Source: Balanoglossus misakiensis (lineage: Eukaryota; Animalia; Hemichordata). Taken from it: 64,000 nucleotides of DNA. The translations under genes were made by a program, and so were the position numbers. The notes under the pieces are model-generated. The model worked only from the letters and a program-made list of their open reading frames with translations. It was not told the DNA's origin and ran no database searches. This document shows positions 13,646-27,300 of the stretch, piece after piece (positions within the stretch are counted from its first letter, which is position 1; each line of letters begins with the position of its first letter). The stretch is taken from the NCBI GenBank assembly GCA_040954595.2, contig CM082585.2, positions 10,891,995-10,955,994 on the forward strand, written 5' to 3'.

Positions 13646-14609
13646 GGGTTGCATTTAGACGTCAACATCAGTACTTCATGTATGTCGCCTGTACCACCTG
13701 TTAGACACACCAATCATAACTTAGTCGTATCAAACACAGGACCTCACTGACTTCACCGATTCATTGTACTGTAACTATCTAGAAATACATAAAATTATAT
13801 TCCACAACCAACAAGAAATGCATAGTAACATTTCACATTTGACGAGTAACTTTCTACAGTAGCATGCCGTGTACACAATGCTTGCGCTGTTTCATAATTG
13901 CAATATGTTCTGTAATGCTGTGTGAGGTCCTACTTCAATATTTGTTGTGAACTCACTTCCTACTTGATCTCCAAAAATCCCTTCTCTCAATAATCATTTC
14001 CATTTAACTTTCATCATATACTGGATGAGCTGTATTCCTAGAACTTGCCTGTGTGCTGTTCTCTTTACTAGAGGACTATTACGCAAATAATCAGTTCTGA
14101 TTGGGTCATGAAAAGATGTACCAGTAGCCAATCGGCATAAAGGATTAGTTTGCCGTACCTGATAGTGATTGGCCGTACACCTGAAAATTCTTCAAAACAA
14201 TCAGTCTTTCTTGGTAAACTTGCTAATTCCCATGTTACCACATGATCCAGTGAACTACGGGAAAATAAAGTTCACAAATCAGCAAGAAGTCACAGCTTGT
14301 GTAGCTTCAAGACTTGGAATTGGAATATATGAAGATATATGAAGTCTTGGAAACAGCATTCTTGAAAACCATGGCCACAAGTCTAAGCTCACATACCTGT
14401 AACACTCGTCTTTGTTCTGTGTTGTAATTTTCTACGTACAGGTGGCCGTGCAGACAAAGTCCTCAGATCGAGCTCTTATACGAGAGTACCCGTTAGGCGG
14501 TGAGATAGAAACACCTGATATTATAGACAACTCTACTTACCCTATGAGCAATGTCAGCGATACTCTTGTAGTTCGCAATAGTCTCTCGGCTAGTAACCGC
14601 TACTCATAA
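10628..14609 (+). CDS. 7TM receptor of the cAMP-receptor-like (CAR/crlA, GPR157/GCR1-type) family, 11 coding exons
   Basis: Phase-consistent GT-AG exons 10628-10750, 11216-11268, 11694-11805, 11916-11976, 12211-12298, 12402-12491, 12665-12706, 12899-12977, 13177-13307, 13438-13582, 14442-14609. Motifs: ASLSLIGC, QRLILYLSIA, LCDFQAF, YHLVCWG, YGPAGAWCWI, YPFIY, PLQGAINAIVYG. Candidate AATAAA at 16535 and 16655. Confidence 0.88.
13615..13642. repeat. (TG)n microsatellite
   Basis: Uninterrupted TG run in an intron. Confidence 0.95.
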
Positions 14610-17600
14610 ATTCATCTTGGATATGGACTTTGGAGTTAGGGTTAGTCATGGTAGGGTGAACTTGGAATTTTGTCTTTTAAGTATTTAGATGTGGAATGAG
14701 GACACAGGTTTTCAATTTTTGTGATCGTCTTTCTTCATTTTTTTTAGTTTTAGTATTAGGTTTTAATCCCCAATTATTTATGTTCTTTAAATTTATCAAA
14801 AATTACAGCCAATTGACAAAGGTGGCTGTAAGTTGCATGCATTCTGACAGCATCATATCAAACCAAACTCTAGAGGGCACTCTTCATAGCACGCCCTCTA
14901 GGGGCTGCCAAACTTGAAAGTCCAAGACACTCCCGCATGCTATTATTTGACCCAGTTCATATAAATGTGTTGTAATGCATGCTCAATCATATTAGCATTA
15001 ACATAACAGTCTTTCATTTTCTTGAGAGTAATTTTGATGTTTCATGATCTCCCTCACTTCTGTATTCATCTTGTTTTATCTCTTTCTAAAGTCAACTCAC
15101 AAAATGTATGATTGTGGTGTGTTGTTGGTTGGACAGCAAGGTACCTCATTTGGACACACATCCCAGAACACAATAGATTCATGACATTACCCTTATTTGT
15201 AAAATGTTCAACCTACAAAGCCCATAATTTTTGACTGTCACAAGAAAATGAACGATCGCACAAATGCATTAGAAACGCTTTGATATAGTTTGCCGTCTTG
15301 CAGTGAAATTTTAGCTCCTTGCCTGAGTTTGTTGTTTCGTTCACGCCTTCCATAGATGGCCCTTCAACGCCGCTATTCGGAACCAGCCCGGATCCAGGAA
15401 TACCACCCGGAAACGGATTTCCCGAGTATGACTCCGGATACACCCAAGGAGGAGGAAGAGGAGACGATGGAGAATCCAGTCATTCCAGAAGGAAATATGC
15501 CGAATACTGAAGACAAACAGCCCTTGGCATAGAACTGATGATGACAGATCTGGCTTGATTAATGCCATTATAGACCCTTTCAGTGCCATACTTAATATGT
15601 TGCCATTTTTTTCACAAAATTAACCCTCAGAACTTATTCTACGTTTTCCCCTAAAATTTTGACCAAGATCTGCAGACTATAGAACATCATGTCCTATTGG
15701 TCTAAAATTAAAGGCGAAAATAGAGAAAAATGTGTAAAAACGATAAAAATGTTGCACCACGTTTGACAGGGAAAAGATTGTTACTTTCTGTCAAACTATA
15801 GTTGATGCAGTTCTCATGTACCATTTCTTGATAGCACACATGAAATCTAAATAAGATGACATTGGCTTAAAATTGTCAAGTTTTGCACTGATGGTATTAA
15901 TCATGTGAAATATTGTATATATGAAGTGTATTTGTGATTAGACAAGACCAATCCAAAGATAGATATATTTTGGAAGTAATGTACATTATGTAAATATTAT
16001 CTTGTATTATTTAGTCAACAAGGTCATGTTATATGAATGACTCTTAGAAGTTACCCTACCAAAAGTTACCGTTCATAATAGAAGTTTCACCTATTTTGGT
16101 TATATGAAATGGTGCTACTGTTTCTAGAGTAGATTGTTTGGTGATTTGCTCAGGTGTTGTGCTGTAGTAGATCATGAGATGTAGAGAGCAGGCAACAGCA
16201 GTTGCCTATCTATATAGCTAGTTGTGTTCAGATTGAGCTAGTAGGTGTCTTTCAAGTATCTGAGCTGGAAATCATAGTATGTACATTGGCCAAATACTTG
16301 AATATTAATCAAGCATTACTGGTACATGTACATACATTGTATGTGTATTGAGTTGAGGTCTCGCGCACAAAAAACAACTATCACTGCTAAAATTAGAACT
16401 GGTTCATAAAAATCCATTTTGAAACTTCAGAACTGCTGGGTTGTAGTTTGTTTGAATGACCAGCAATAGCCGTATTGGTTAGTCATGTACATTATGCAAT
16501 AATGTTTCTGATCTTGTATTTATGCCAGTGGTTCAATAAAACAACCAGCAATACTACTGCTGGTGGTACTAGCATGATGTTGTAGGAAATTAGTAGCCAT
16601 CACTAGTGGTTGTGCTTAAAAAAAATAACATAAATGTACAAATGTATGGTGTGCAATAAACTGTTGATGAAAAAGTAACTATCTGCTCTGTGGGACGCTG
16701 CATTCATTTTTATCACCGCGTCTGTTGTTTTGTTTTGCATTTTTGGGGGTGAAAATGATGCATTTACTTATTCTTGGGTACAGCGATTGTCCGCGATGCG
16801 TTACCAGGTAGACGTCTTGCATTGCTCAGGAATTCTCATCAGAGCTGCAGTCGAGAAGCAAAGCACAGCTGCCCCGCTTTTCATTAAATCTCCTGACGAG
16901 AAGATGAGACATCAAGGATGAAGGAAGAAAACGATTCCGGCAGTATTCAATCTTCAAAGTGCGTCATCCAGAGGGAAGGAACTTGAGCTGTTTTGGAGAT
17001 AATAAGGGGGGTAGAGACTGAACAGTTTGCGACAGTGTAGCACCGGTGCTGGGCCTGTCTCGGCGTAAAATAACCAATGTAGACACGCTGCGTCGGCCTA
17101 GAGGCGACTTAGTTTGGTCCCCGTAATAAGGGGGTTCGGGACTGACTTAAAATCTAGGCCGGCCGACGCTTATTCGCGTGTGTGGCGGTGTTACGTCGGC
17201 CTTGTTCAGACATCGCACAGTCATATGCGATAAGACAGTGTGCAAAATGGCGGTTCGTGGGTAACTGGAGTAGGGGGAGACAAAATATGAGTCTGTCCAA
17301 ATTCAGGTACCAGTATAGTGCGGACGCGGCCCAATGCTATTCCCCAAAGCAAAGGACAGTTACTTTAGGTCGCCCTAAGGTTCAGTCGTACTGACGAATG
17401 TGAACAACGTTAATGGCAAAGGCTTGTAATATGATAGCTTAGAACAATGCCAAACCATACACACAAGGGACGTTGAGGTATAACAAGCTTCGAATAAGGA
17501 AGGAGAAGAAATGGTTGAAGGATGGAGTTATACACATATATTTAGAAACTGAAAAAAGCTTACAAGTTTCGTAAAAATGGCTCCCGTTGATCAGAATTGT

Positions 17601-20600
17601 GACATTCAAGAGTGATTTATAACAGCTATATTTCAATTTTGGATTCACACTTATCAATATATATAAAATATTAATTTCTGTATTTTGTAAATGTTTTCAA
17701 TTATTTTCCCGTTCGTGATATTCATTTTACTGAATGACGAACATACAAGTACACGACGGAAACGTGAAGTGATGAAAATATCACACGGGGGTCGTTTGGG
17801 ACGTCACTTGTACTATAAGGTTTCTGAATTCTAAATTTTCTTTGTGCTCGGTAGGGTTTCTACGGATTTGTACAGAACGATATATTTTGTAAAAGTCAGT
17901 TTGCACGTATAGCACGTAGTCCTTCATAGGCGTGTGGACGTAGTGGCGATACCTGGAAGGGAGTGAAATTTATTTTTACAAGAATTAGTGCGGACGAGTT
18001 TAGATATTCAATGAACGCCAAATAACCTGCGTGCTGGACATAAAAAGAAGATATCAGAAGTAATTCTGTTTGCATGTTTGTTTCGAGGCGAACAACCTCG
18101 ACAGGGAGTAACAAATTGATAAACATCATTGTATTGTGAACGTCTGTATAAGATTGTTTTCAAGTCGCGAAGAAAAATCAGATGAATACAGATGCCATCG
18201 CTATCTAAAAGAGTCTCAACTAGATTTATTCACGTTTCAAAAGATACACACCAGGAAAAACCCAGATAGTTGACTCATTTCACTCCGAACGAGGGGTCCT
18301 TTATCCATGGAGGCACAAATCCCACGTAAACGATATACAAAAATATATTGTCCGGCAACACTATTCACACTGATAAACTCGTAGTTATTTTACAGATTCC
18401 AAAGGGGCTTTTCTTTTTATACAAATGAAACTCGTGTAATTTGAAGTAAGCGAGTATTACTGAAATATAGAATAAAAAAAACACTGAAGTTTTTACTTCA
18501 AACTGCTAGCAGCAAAAAGGTGGTTCCTCATTATCTTTAAATTTGACTGAGGACTGAACATTTCAGAGGTCATCAAGAGTAATACAGGTTTATATTGATT
18601 CAGGGAGCGTCCAGTTATTAGAATGGGTGTTGGGTCGAAGACATATGCGATATATAGAAATCGTTCAACCTTTTCAGTTGTTTTTTTTTACTCTCTGATT
18701 TGACCCAGTTTCTTACTTAAAAACATGGCAGCAACTCACCTGGGTAGCGAAGACCTATCCAATGTAATGAGAGTTGCATTGAATGTCTTAGAATGTTGGT
18801 TGACAAAGTTTGTATTCAGTATTGGAGCAATATTGCCGCCTTCAAAAGCTTTCTTCTCTTAAACACACAACAGCCTACGTATGACGCTGGGTGCGATCTA
18901 GATCAGCGTAGTGTTGAGGTTGTTTTCAGGAGTAATACAGCAGGACTCAAGTCCTCTTTTCATTTAACGACAGAACTTTCACAGAGAGAAGAATTAGTAG
19001 AATACTCCACTACCATGCGTGGAAATTACTATCGTACTGCACAGATCGCACAGAAAGGTCAAGAATTTTTTCTTTTATTATTGCGGCATGTTCCCTCTTA
19101 TTTGAAGAAAAGGAAAGTTTCTGACGCGGATTCCTGATTGTGGCAGGGATGTTTTAGAATTAAGTCAGCAGTTGGCTTAACGCAGATTTTTTTCAAACTG
19201 GTGTGCGTACCCTCAGGGAATAAGATAGTCGCTACCTAGACTTTCCTTCAACTGTACACGACTTGGGTGTGTATCTCTGACGTCTTTCACTGATTCGGGC
19301 ACGTACATCCTGACACAAGAACTGTTATCTATATTGAACTTATGTTAAGCTGTATACCAGCAATGAACCAGCGCCGCGCCGGTCACAGTTCACGCGCGAT
19401 GTGAAGGTAAAGTCTCGTACTTAATAAATGTCAATATCTTTGTACCCTTTGATTGTTGGTGTTTTATCATTTTATATCTGACACCGTTCGACTATGATAC
19501 GCAAAAGCGATTTGTCAATAAGGTAATAGTTTAGTTAGTAGTAATAATCCTCGTTTGTTTCTCCGGTCGCCCGTCTGTCCAGCAGAGAGACCATGAAATT
19601 AGATCGATTGATTTCCTCGATAGGTAGACAGACAGACAGTACAATCAAGAATACCAACCAATCAGCTGTACGAATCAAGCCACATTGATATATTGCTATG
19701 GCAACAGGTTTAAAAAAGGTGTTGTCATAGTTTCCACATGTCATATTCCCGATATGCTATGATATAGCTACATTATTTGAGTTGACGTAGACACGTACGG
19801 TCACTTTGTATTCTCGATTCCAGATAGTGGGACCAGACATCTCTGAAGAAGAATCACTGTAATGCAGATGAGTGAGTAATCTCCGATATTTTTTCTTGAA
19901 ATACAAAGAAATTTGGATCTTGTTACATTTTCCTTGTTGTTACTCTCACTCCTTCATGTTTATACCTTGGTGCCTTTTGTTTTGCTTTAGTTCGTAGAAA
20001 GAAACAATATGAACCTCTTTAGATACTTGTAACTTTGGTTATTAATCTTCAACAACTGTAGAATAGTGTATGAAAACCTGTTCACTGTCGGTTGAAGTCA
20101 AGTTCCTCTAAACCATTCCTCTTAGAATGTATTCTTTTTGGGACTGAAAATCCCCTTTCACAAATCCCCGAGTTTACAGGCAGGATAGCATCGCTTTTTG
20201 TCACTTTTCAGCAAATTTAGAAGTTTTTTGTTTGCACATTGTAGGTTAACTGATGGGTATGCACAAACAAATTGATAAGATTATGACGGTTCTATGATAA
20301 ATATCTACCTATTCACGAATTTTGTAAATTACTGATCTTGCTTTTGCTTATAACAGACTTTTTTCCTTTTAATTCATATGACTTCTTGCATGTCAATGCG
20401 TTGAGTCAGCGTGTAGGACGACTATGTCGCTATAAATTGTGTCTATGTTTCAAACATTTGTCCTTGATTCTCGAGTACGGGCAGTTCTGGAGAATGTAAA
20501 ACAAGTCGTGATGTTTGTTCTTTGACGTACTCGGGTTGAAACCAGGATTATTTTCTCATTTAATCTTTAATCGTCGTATTATCTATTGATGAAATCATTG

Positions 20601-21939
20601 ATGAAGCACCTGAAATTCTCTCAAGAAATTTTGAAATTAGAATTTCAAAATGTCCCAGTAAGTATGTATGGAGTTACAACTCGGAACAAAATAGGATACC
20701 GACTAAAAAAATCCCGGAGGATATTACATGTATTTTGATTTCATGAGTGAGATTGGATTCTTCTTTCTCTAGGCCTAAGTAATGTTTATCCCGAAAAGAA
20801 AATTAAAATGAAATGTCAGTTCTTTTTACAGGTTGCTATGATAACGTTTTTGATTAATTTAATAGCAAGAAAGACGCGATTAGATTTTTTGTCCATTTTG
20901 TGTTCTTCTTTGTCTTATTTTGGGATTACTGTTGCTACACCAGTGGGCTTCGACCTTCGCTTCGGGAGATCTTCTCTGATTTGGTCCGATCGCAGTCCCT
21001 CTATAACAGGAACTTTGCCATATTATTCTATAGCCGCATATCACGACCACGTTCATTTCTTTATTGCAGGCATCTAATCACAACAACGTGGTCGTAGAAA
21101 TCAAATACACCTGAAGTAATCTGTCAAGACACCAATTAGAGAATTGTAAAATTTGCGTCTTACAGGTAAGAATTCGTTGTGCTTTACTTTCTATAGCAAA
21201 ACATGAACTGTACTCTAAGCTTTGTGCATCGCCTATTTAATCTTTCTTATGCTATCCCATCCTTGAAGTTACCCCTAACAGGGTTTAGTAAATTAATAAA
21301 AATGGCTTTGGGCTGTGCTGTGGCTCGTCTAATACTTCACTCACTCAGCCCTCATATGTCGACATAGGACCGGATTTTGTGAATAACCATACTCCTCGCA
21401 ATAAATTATCTTCGCGCTTTCTTGCGAGTGGAAATGTCAATTGTGCTCTCCGCTGTGCAAATATCAGCCATATCGTTTTCTCTTCATTGGAAAGGCAATC
21501 TTATCAAAACATCTTATCGACTAGTACTAGTTCCGATGACGAATTCCAACTTTAACAAGGAGAGATGCAGGTCATTATCTCGGCGTTCGTTTTGTTCGAC
21601 AGGGTGGTATCTCGACTGTATTATTAAGAGGCGTGTTTTGTTCTCGTGTATATCAAATGATGCGCAGACACCGTCGCACGTTTATTTATCGCACGTGTCT
21701 TTTCAAAGAAGGGACTTCGTAGAAGGGAAATTTCTCTCAGAGAATAGCGTTCAATAGGAGCTTCAATAACCTTCAGAGAACTAAAAATACATGTACGATT
21801 CGAGATTGTATTTTATTTTACTGAGTGAACCGCCAAATAACATGCTTCGTCGCGTTATCTTATCAGATAAGTAGCGTATCCCCCGCGCTGCTGATTAGTC
21901 ACACAGTTCGCCAAGACGGGTGCTGGTGGCGACGCCAGT

Positions 21940-22136
21940 TTTACTCCACTGAATATTGTATAGCCAGTGATGTGTCTAATATTTTATTCATTTCGCCAAA
22001 ATTGGTGCTCATGGTGATGACAGTTCTACTCCACTGAAAATTTTGTAGCCAGTCGGGAATCTCATAATTTATTCATTTCGCCAAAATAGGTGCTAATGGT
22101 GATGACATTTTTTGTAGCGAGTGGCGTGTCTTATAA
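21940..22136. repeat. Degenerate tandem duplication of about 86 bp upstream of the class A GPCR
   Basis: TACTCCACTGAA...TTTATTCATTTCGCCAAAAT(T/A)GGTGCT(C/A)ATGGTGATGACA occurs twice, followed by a partial third copy. Confidence 0.8.
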
Positions 22137-22340
22137 TCTATTAATAATTTACAAAGTCAACTTTAAAATCAAACCTCTTTCAGATCGATCACGTTTGGTT
22201 TTAATTTTCGATTGCAGTTATAGGCCTACACCAATCCTGATTATAGTACAGAAGACTTATGGTGTATACAGTTGGTTAACGTTGTCTCAACTACCCAAAC
22301 ATAGTCTGTCTGCGCGAGTTCTGAGTTCAAGGAGCAAAAG

Positions 22341-23336
22341 ATGTCGGCCGAACAAGAAACCATGACGAACACCACATTCACGTCACCACCGGATGTGACG
22401 TCGACTTTACAACGCATACTGCCAATTATTTACGGCATCTTGGGCAGTGTTGCTATCATTGGCAATTTAATCGTTATTGTGGTTTTCGTTAAAGTGCGTT
22501 CTCTGCACACGCTCACAAATTTCTTCATCGTCAATCAGTCTGTGATTGATCTTTCAAGTGGGTTCATTTTCCTCGTCACTAAATTTATGCCCCAGCCAGT
22601 GATACGACGGGGTATCATGGGCGATATATTATGTAAAGTCTGGTTGTCAGAATTCCCGCTGTGGTGGATGTTTGTAGCGTCCACTTTCAATTTGGTTGTC
22701 ATGACGATGGAGCGTTACATGGCTATCGTCCACCCAAACACATACAAAGAGAAGTTTACATTCTCCAAGGCACGCGCCATCGTAGCTTTAATTTGGTCGG
22801 CGGCGTTCACCTTTGAACTCCACTGGCTCATGGTCAACAAAGTTGCCTATGGTTTCTGCTATCCAATATGGCCGAACGCTCTTGTTCAGAAGATCGTTGG
22901 TGTCTTTGTCTTTCTGGTACTCTATTTCTTGCCACTGTCCCTTATGATATTCTCCTACTCAAGCATTTTGTATAAACTGAAAACTGATGCCATACAAGGA
23001 TTAGAGTCAACAAATAAAGCCAAAAGAAACGTCACCAAAACTCTGTTCATTGTTTTTCTGACCTATGTCGCATGCTGGACTGTAAACCAAATCTCATATC
23101 TACAGTATAATCTCGGTGGTTACCTTGATTTTCAGGGGCCATTTTTCAGTTCAGCTGTTGTCTTAGTATTTTGTAACATGTGCGCAAATCCTTTTATTTA
23201 TGCCTTTCATTATAACCAGTTCCGGAAAGGATTTGTGAAGGTGTTCAGGGGACAAACAAATTTGACAAAAGTTGAGCCAACAACATCAGGTGGCGTTCCA
23301 CCAGCGACAGTTTCTAGAAACGTGTCAACACTTTGA
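22341..23336 (+). CDS. Rhodopsin-like (class A) GPCR, single coding exon, galanin/allatostatin-receptor-like orphan, 331 aa
   Basis: Seven hydrophobic segments. TM1 GN, TLTNFFIVNQSVID, TM3 Cys and ERY, TM4 W, FLP in TM5, CW in TM6, NPFIY in TM7. N-terminal NTT sequon. Confidence 0.93.
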   Translation: MSAEQETMTNTTFTSPPDVTSTLQRILPIIYGILGSVAIIGNLIVIVVFVKVRSLHTLTNFFIVNQSVIDLSSGFIFLVTKFMPQPVIRRGIMGDILCKVWLSEFPLWWMFVASTFNLVVMTMERYMAIVHPNTYKEKFTFSKARAIVALIWSAAFTFELHWLMVNKVAYGFCYPIWPNALVQKIVGVFVFLVLYFLPLSLMIFSYSSILYKLKTDAIQGLESTNKAKRNVTKTLFIVFLTYVACWTVNQISYLQYNLGGYLDFQGPFFSSAVVLVFCNMCANPFIYAFHYNQFRKGFVKVFRGQTNLTKVEPTTSGGVPPATVSRNVSTL

Positions 23337-23338
23337 AG

Positions 23339-23386
23339 TGATGATGATGATGATGATATGATGATGATGATGACGACGACGACGAT
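23339..23386. repeat. (GAT)n/(GAC)n trinucleotide repeat right after the GPCR stop codon
   Basis: gatgatgat...gacgacgacgacgat. Confidence 0.9.
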
Positions 23387-24309
23387 GGAAGTAGTATCTA
23401 AACAGATTTTATTGCTAAAAAATAAACAGCTTTTGTGGAATTAAATTTCGTTGTTCAAATTGATTATATTCATAGTGTTAATGTCATCACTTCGAGAAAC
23501 TTAAAATTTATATGAAATTCAATGAAAATATTTATTTATCAGTGTCATTGCTTTTCTCTTCAACATATATCCTTTATGTGTTGTGTAATTAATAAACGTG
23601 TTATCCTGTGTGTATCAGTGTATAATGGAATACTTGTTGATTGTGATTTCTTTCAAGGAAGTATGCACCTCGAAAATAAAAGTTTCAAACTGTATCTCAT
23701 ATTTTTCTTTATAAGCTGTTCTCTCAATGTTTTATCGTAAGTTTTCATAGTAAACTATTGTTGATAACTAGATCAAAGCTTTTCTGAATTAAATCGACAA
23801 AGCGTGTATATCACATTTCCTTTCTATTTCTTGGCACTGTAAATTGGTGATTTCTAACAATGTCGTTTTACAAGAATCAACTTTGTGACAACCTGGTTGC
23901 GTGTTTGACAATAAATTGAATTTGCGAACACAAACTAGTGTGGACATTGAGTTTTAAGACTTTTGATATGACAGGTTAGAAGGAGATTATATCAGGCATG
24001 CGCATTAGGAACATTGTGAGTTGAGAAGTGTTTATTACCAAAGTAGAAATTACAATGATCAAGAAGGCATTCTAAAAATATACTAATTTGTATTAAAATA
24101 ATTTTGACAGAACATGAATAAGTTAAAATGCACATTAAACATAAAAGGATAAATTGAAGACTAACCGTTGACCAGTTGCAGACAAGTATTGGCCAACATA
24201 CATTGTATTTGTGTGCGAACGTTCACAGCAATGTGGTAGGTTTTTTGCAGCTGCAAATACATATAACAACAACATGTGTGACCGTCCCCCGAGAACAACG
24301 GAATGAATC

Positions 24310-27300
24310 CTATTTTTGAACCCATGACACGAGTGTCAAAATGAGAGAAAGAGCTACAAGCCATGAACTGCCCAAAAGTGTACGGGGTGAGCTGCTGATA
24401 TCCCGTGGACAGTCTCTGGGAGGGGCCGGTGTGTAGTGATGGCGCGGTGGCCAGCTTCCACAGCGAGGGAAACCTTCTGGAGCTGCAGGTATGTCAGCGT
24501 CAGTTCCCACCTTTATCACGACAGACATGCCGATCTAAACGGGAACAGAATATCAGTGAGTAATTAGCCAATGTGATAATGGAGTAGACCAAATTAAATG
24601 TGTGTTAAGAGATAACTTCAAGTGTCCACATCTGTCTGTCTGTCTTATAGTACGCATGACGTAATCCCATGTTTTTCCAGGTTCAGACTCACCTCTAAAT
24701 GGAACTCAAGGTGACAATGGAACAACCACCAGCCAGGGTTGTCGGCATAGAAACGGAGGACGCTGAAACCTCCATCTGGAACGGTGACGGTGTCTTTCTT
24801 GACTGGGTGATCCAGCTTGCGGTTAATCAAGCCTGTTAGAGAACGAGATCACTCGAGAACTTCACAAAATGTCGTTAATATGATGTTAACGATAGTTGGT
24901 TAAAACTGTCATAAAGAAAGACAACGGATAGATTTGGGGAATAATGATCTCACCGGCTTCATCCATTTGTTTGACCTCCTCCAGACTAGTTGACATGCCT
25001 AGCTTCTCTATGGCAACAACGCGGAAGGAGTGACCGTGGATGTGCATTGGGTGATTGGAATTCCATGTGACGCCCTCATCGATGACGATCAATTCCACTA
25101 CCTTTAAAAAACCCAGATTGGAATCGTGTTAGAACTATTGATACCAGGACTTTGTATACTACGAATTCGAACAGGAGGATATATTCTGGGTGTGAACTTA
25201 CTTCTCCGAGCCCCACTTCGTACACATGCGTACACGAGCAAAACTCGGCGCTGCAGTTTTTCGTCCGCAAGGTCTCGGCCGTACAGATCTCGTCCATGAC
25301 CTCGCGAGATTGCGTAAGGAGTGGAGACGAGGCGTGCTGGAAGGTGACGTCATTGATCTGAGTGGAGTAGAGATGGTGGTTTGTCGCGATGGCCGATATC
25401 GGGTAGAAGCCGCCATGATGGAACCGAGGGTTGTCTATTTTATTGAACTCCATTGCCAAGTATATCTTGCGGTCGACTCTTTCCGAGGTCACGTCGTCCG
25501 GAACTAATTAAAGTGCAGATAACATACAACATTTAATTACGGTGCTGTGAATTACTGTTTGGAAACGTGAGAAGTCATCGTCAAGGCGAATGACAATTAT
25601 GGTTGTTGGCTAAAATCTTACCATTATATTAGAGGAGTATTCAGTAACAAACAAATAAAATTGCTTTTTCTGATAATCAAATCTGATAGTATGCGAAAAC
25701 ATATAAGAGTTGCTTTTACGATAAGCAATTTCCAAAAATAATATTACAGCTTCCGGCCTTCTATTTTTATTTTGCGTATTTCATAAAATTGATTACCTGT
25801 TGCATTCATCATCGAAATTGGTATTTCTCTCTCGCTGGCAACGGTATTAAATGGATTCAAAATCGTGCCCCAATTCTCTGGAGCATTGGGATCGTCGGCT
25901 TCGTAACTTTCGGGTTGGACGGGGTCGTTTTCATCCGAGCCGTCGTATCGGACAATCGCTAATTCCGAAGCGTCCTTCACCGAGCAGTCTCCGAGCCCTT
26001 TCACACGGAACCAATAGCTGCCCACGGTTTGGTTTGCTTCGAGAACAAAATCGAATGATTCGCCCCCGTAAACCATCAGAACGTCCGTGGCGTAAGGGGA
26101 GAAGGGAACGCCGTCGCTTGATATGACCAGCATCGTGTGGTTGTCCACGGACACCTGCATCGGGCAGAAGGTGATGGCGTTGCTCATCATACGGAAACGG
26201 TAGCGCTTGCCTTGGTCCACGTGGAAAACCTCCCTCTCCGTGTAGTGGGTTTCGCTTCCGTCCTGGTAGGGTTCTCTCTTACCCTTACCGTTGATCAACA
26301 TTGCTTCCGGTTTGTTGTCGCCGTTGTCATGGTGGTGCGCGGTGAACTTCTGCATGGTGATTTCATCAAGCCAGTCGGTGAGGAAAACGACGTGCTCCGA
26401 CAGATCTACGTCGTAGAGGGCCCTTTGGGGATCTTCTTGCTCGGACTGCCGGATGATCATGGAGCCGAAGACGCCGTCCGATCGTTGCAGTCCCGAGTGC
26501 GCGTGCCACCAGTGGGTGCCGATAGTGTCGGCGGTGAAGTCATAAGTGAAAGTGGCGCCATAACTTATCGGACACTGCGAGACCATGGCTGCCCCGTCCA
26601 TGTGTTGGAATCCCTTCATATGCTGCCCGTGCCAGTGTACAGCGATGCCGTCGGCGTTGTCAAGGTGATTAGTGACATTAATGATCAGTCGGTCCCCGTG
26701 GCACACCTATTCAAACGAAAAAGGTGTTTATTATTCAAAGCCAGGAAAAAACTTCATTCCCTTAAAATTGAATAAATAAGTATGGTCAGTGATACTAGCG
26801 TATATGATGACAGAATACTAGCAGTTTCGTACCTCTATGCTTGGTCCGGGTAGCATTCTGTTGATAACGGCGATAGGTCTGGGTACGCCGTTGAGAGCTA
26901 TACAGTGGGGGCGCTCACAGTCAGTTTTGTTGACTGGGCAGTTGTAACACGCCTTGGACATGCTGTAATACCACTCGGCCAAGAAGCTGTACTCGCATGT
27001 CTTTGGCTGCGGCGGAGATTCGCATTCTCGACGGCAAGGGTGGTCAGAAGATGAGACCGTGCCTGTAAAAACACCAAATATTAACACACCGTGCTCCGTC
27101 ATTGGAAAGTATTGTCATAAACAGTTGGAGATGAACACTGATTGTTCGTTCTGATGAGAAGCAATCTAATCTTTGTAATCCTAGTTGACAAAAAACCGAG
27201 CTTAAACATTTAAAGAATTCCACCTCTTGAGAGATTATACAATCGACCTTTTTAAGGTCAATAGTCCAGTACAGATCATTGGTGATTTATTTCAGTACTC

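Noticed and set aside
15304-15306. In-frame TGA before the 15319 ORF as a possible selenocysteine or readthrough codon
   Set aside because: No SECIS recognised and no redox motif context.
26137-26775. 212-aa plus-strand ORF
   Set aside because: Antisense shadow of the GC-rich laccase exon, with no independent motifs.
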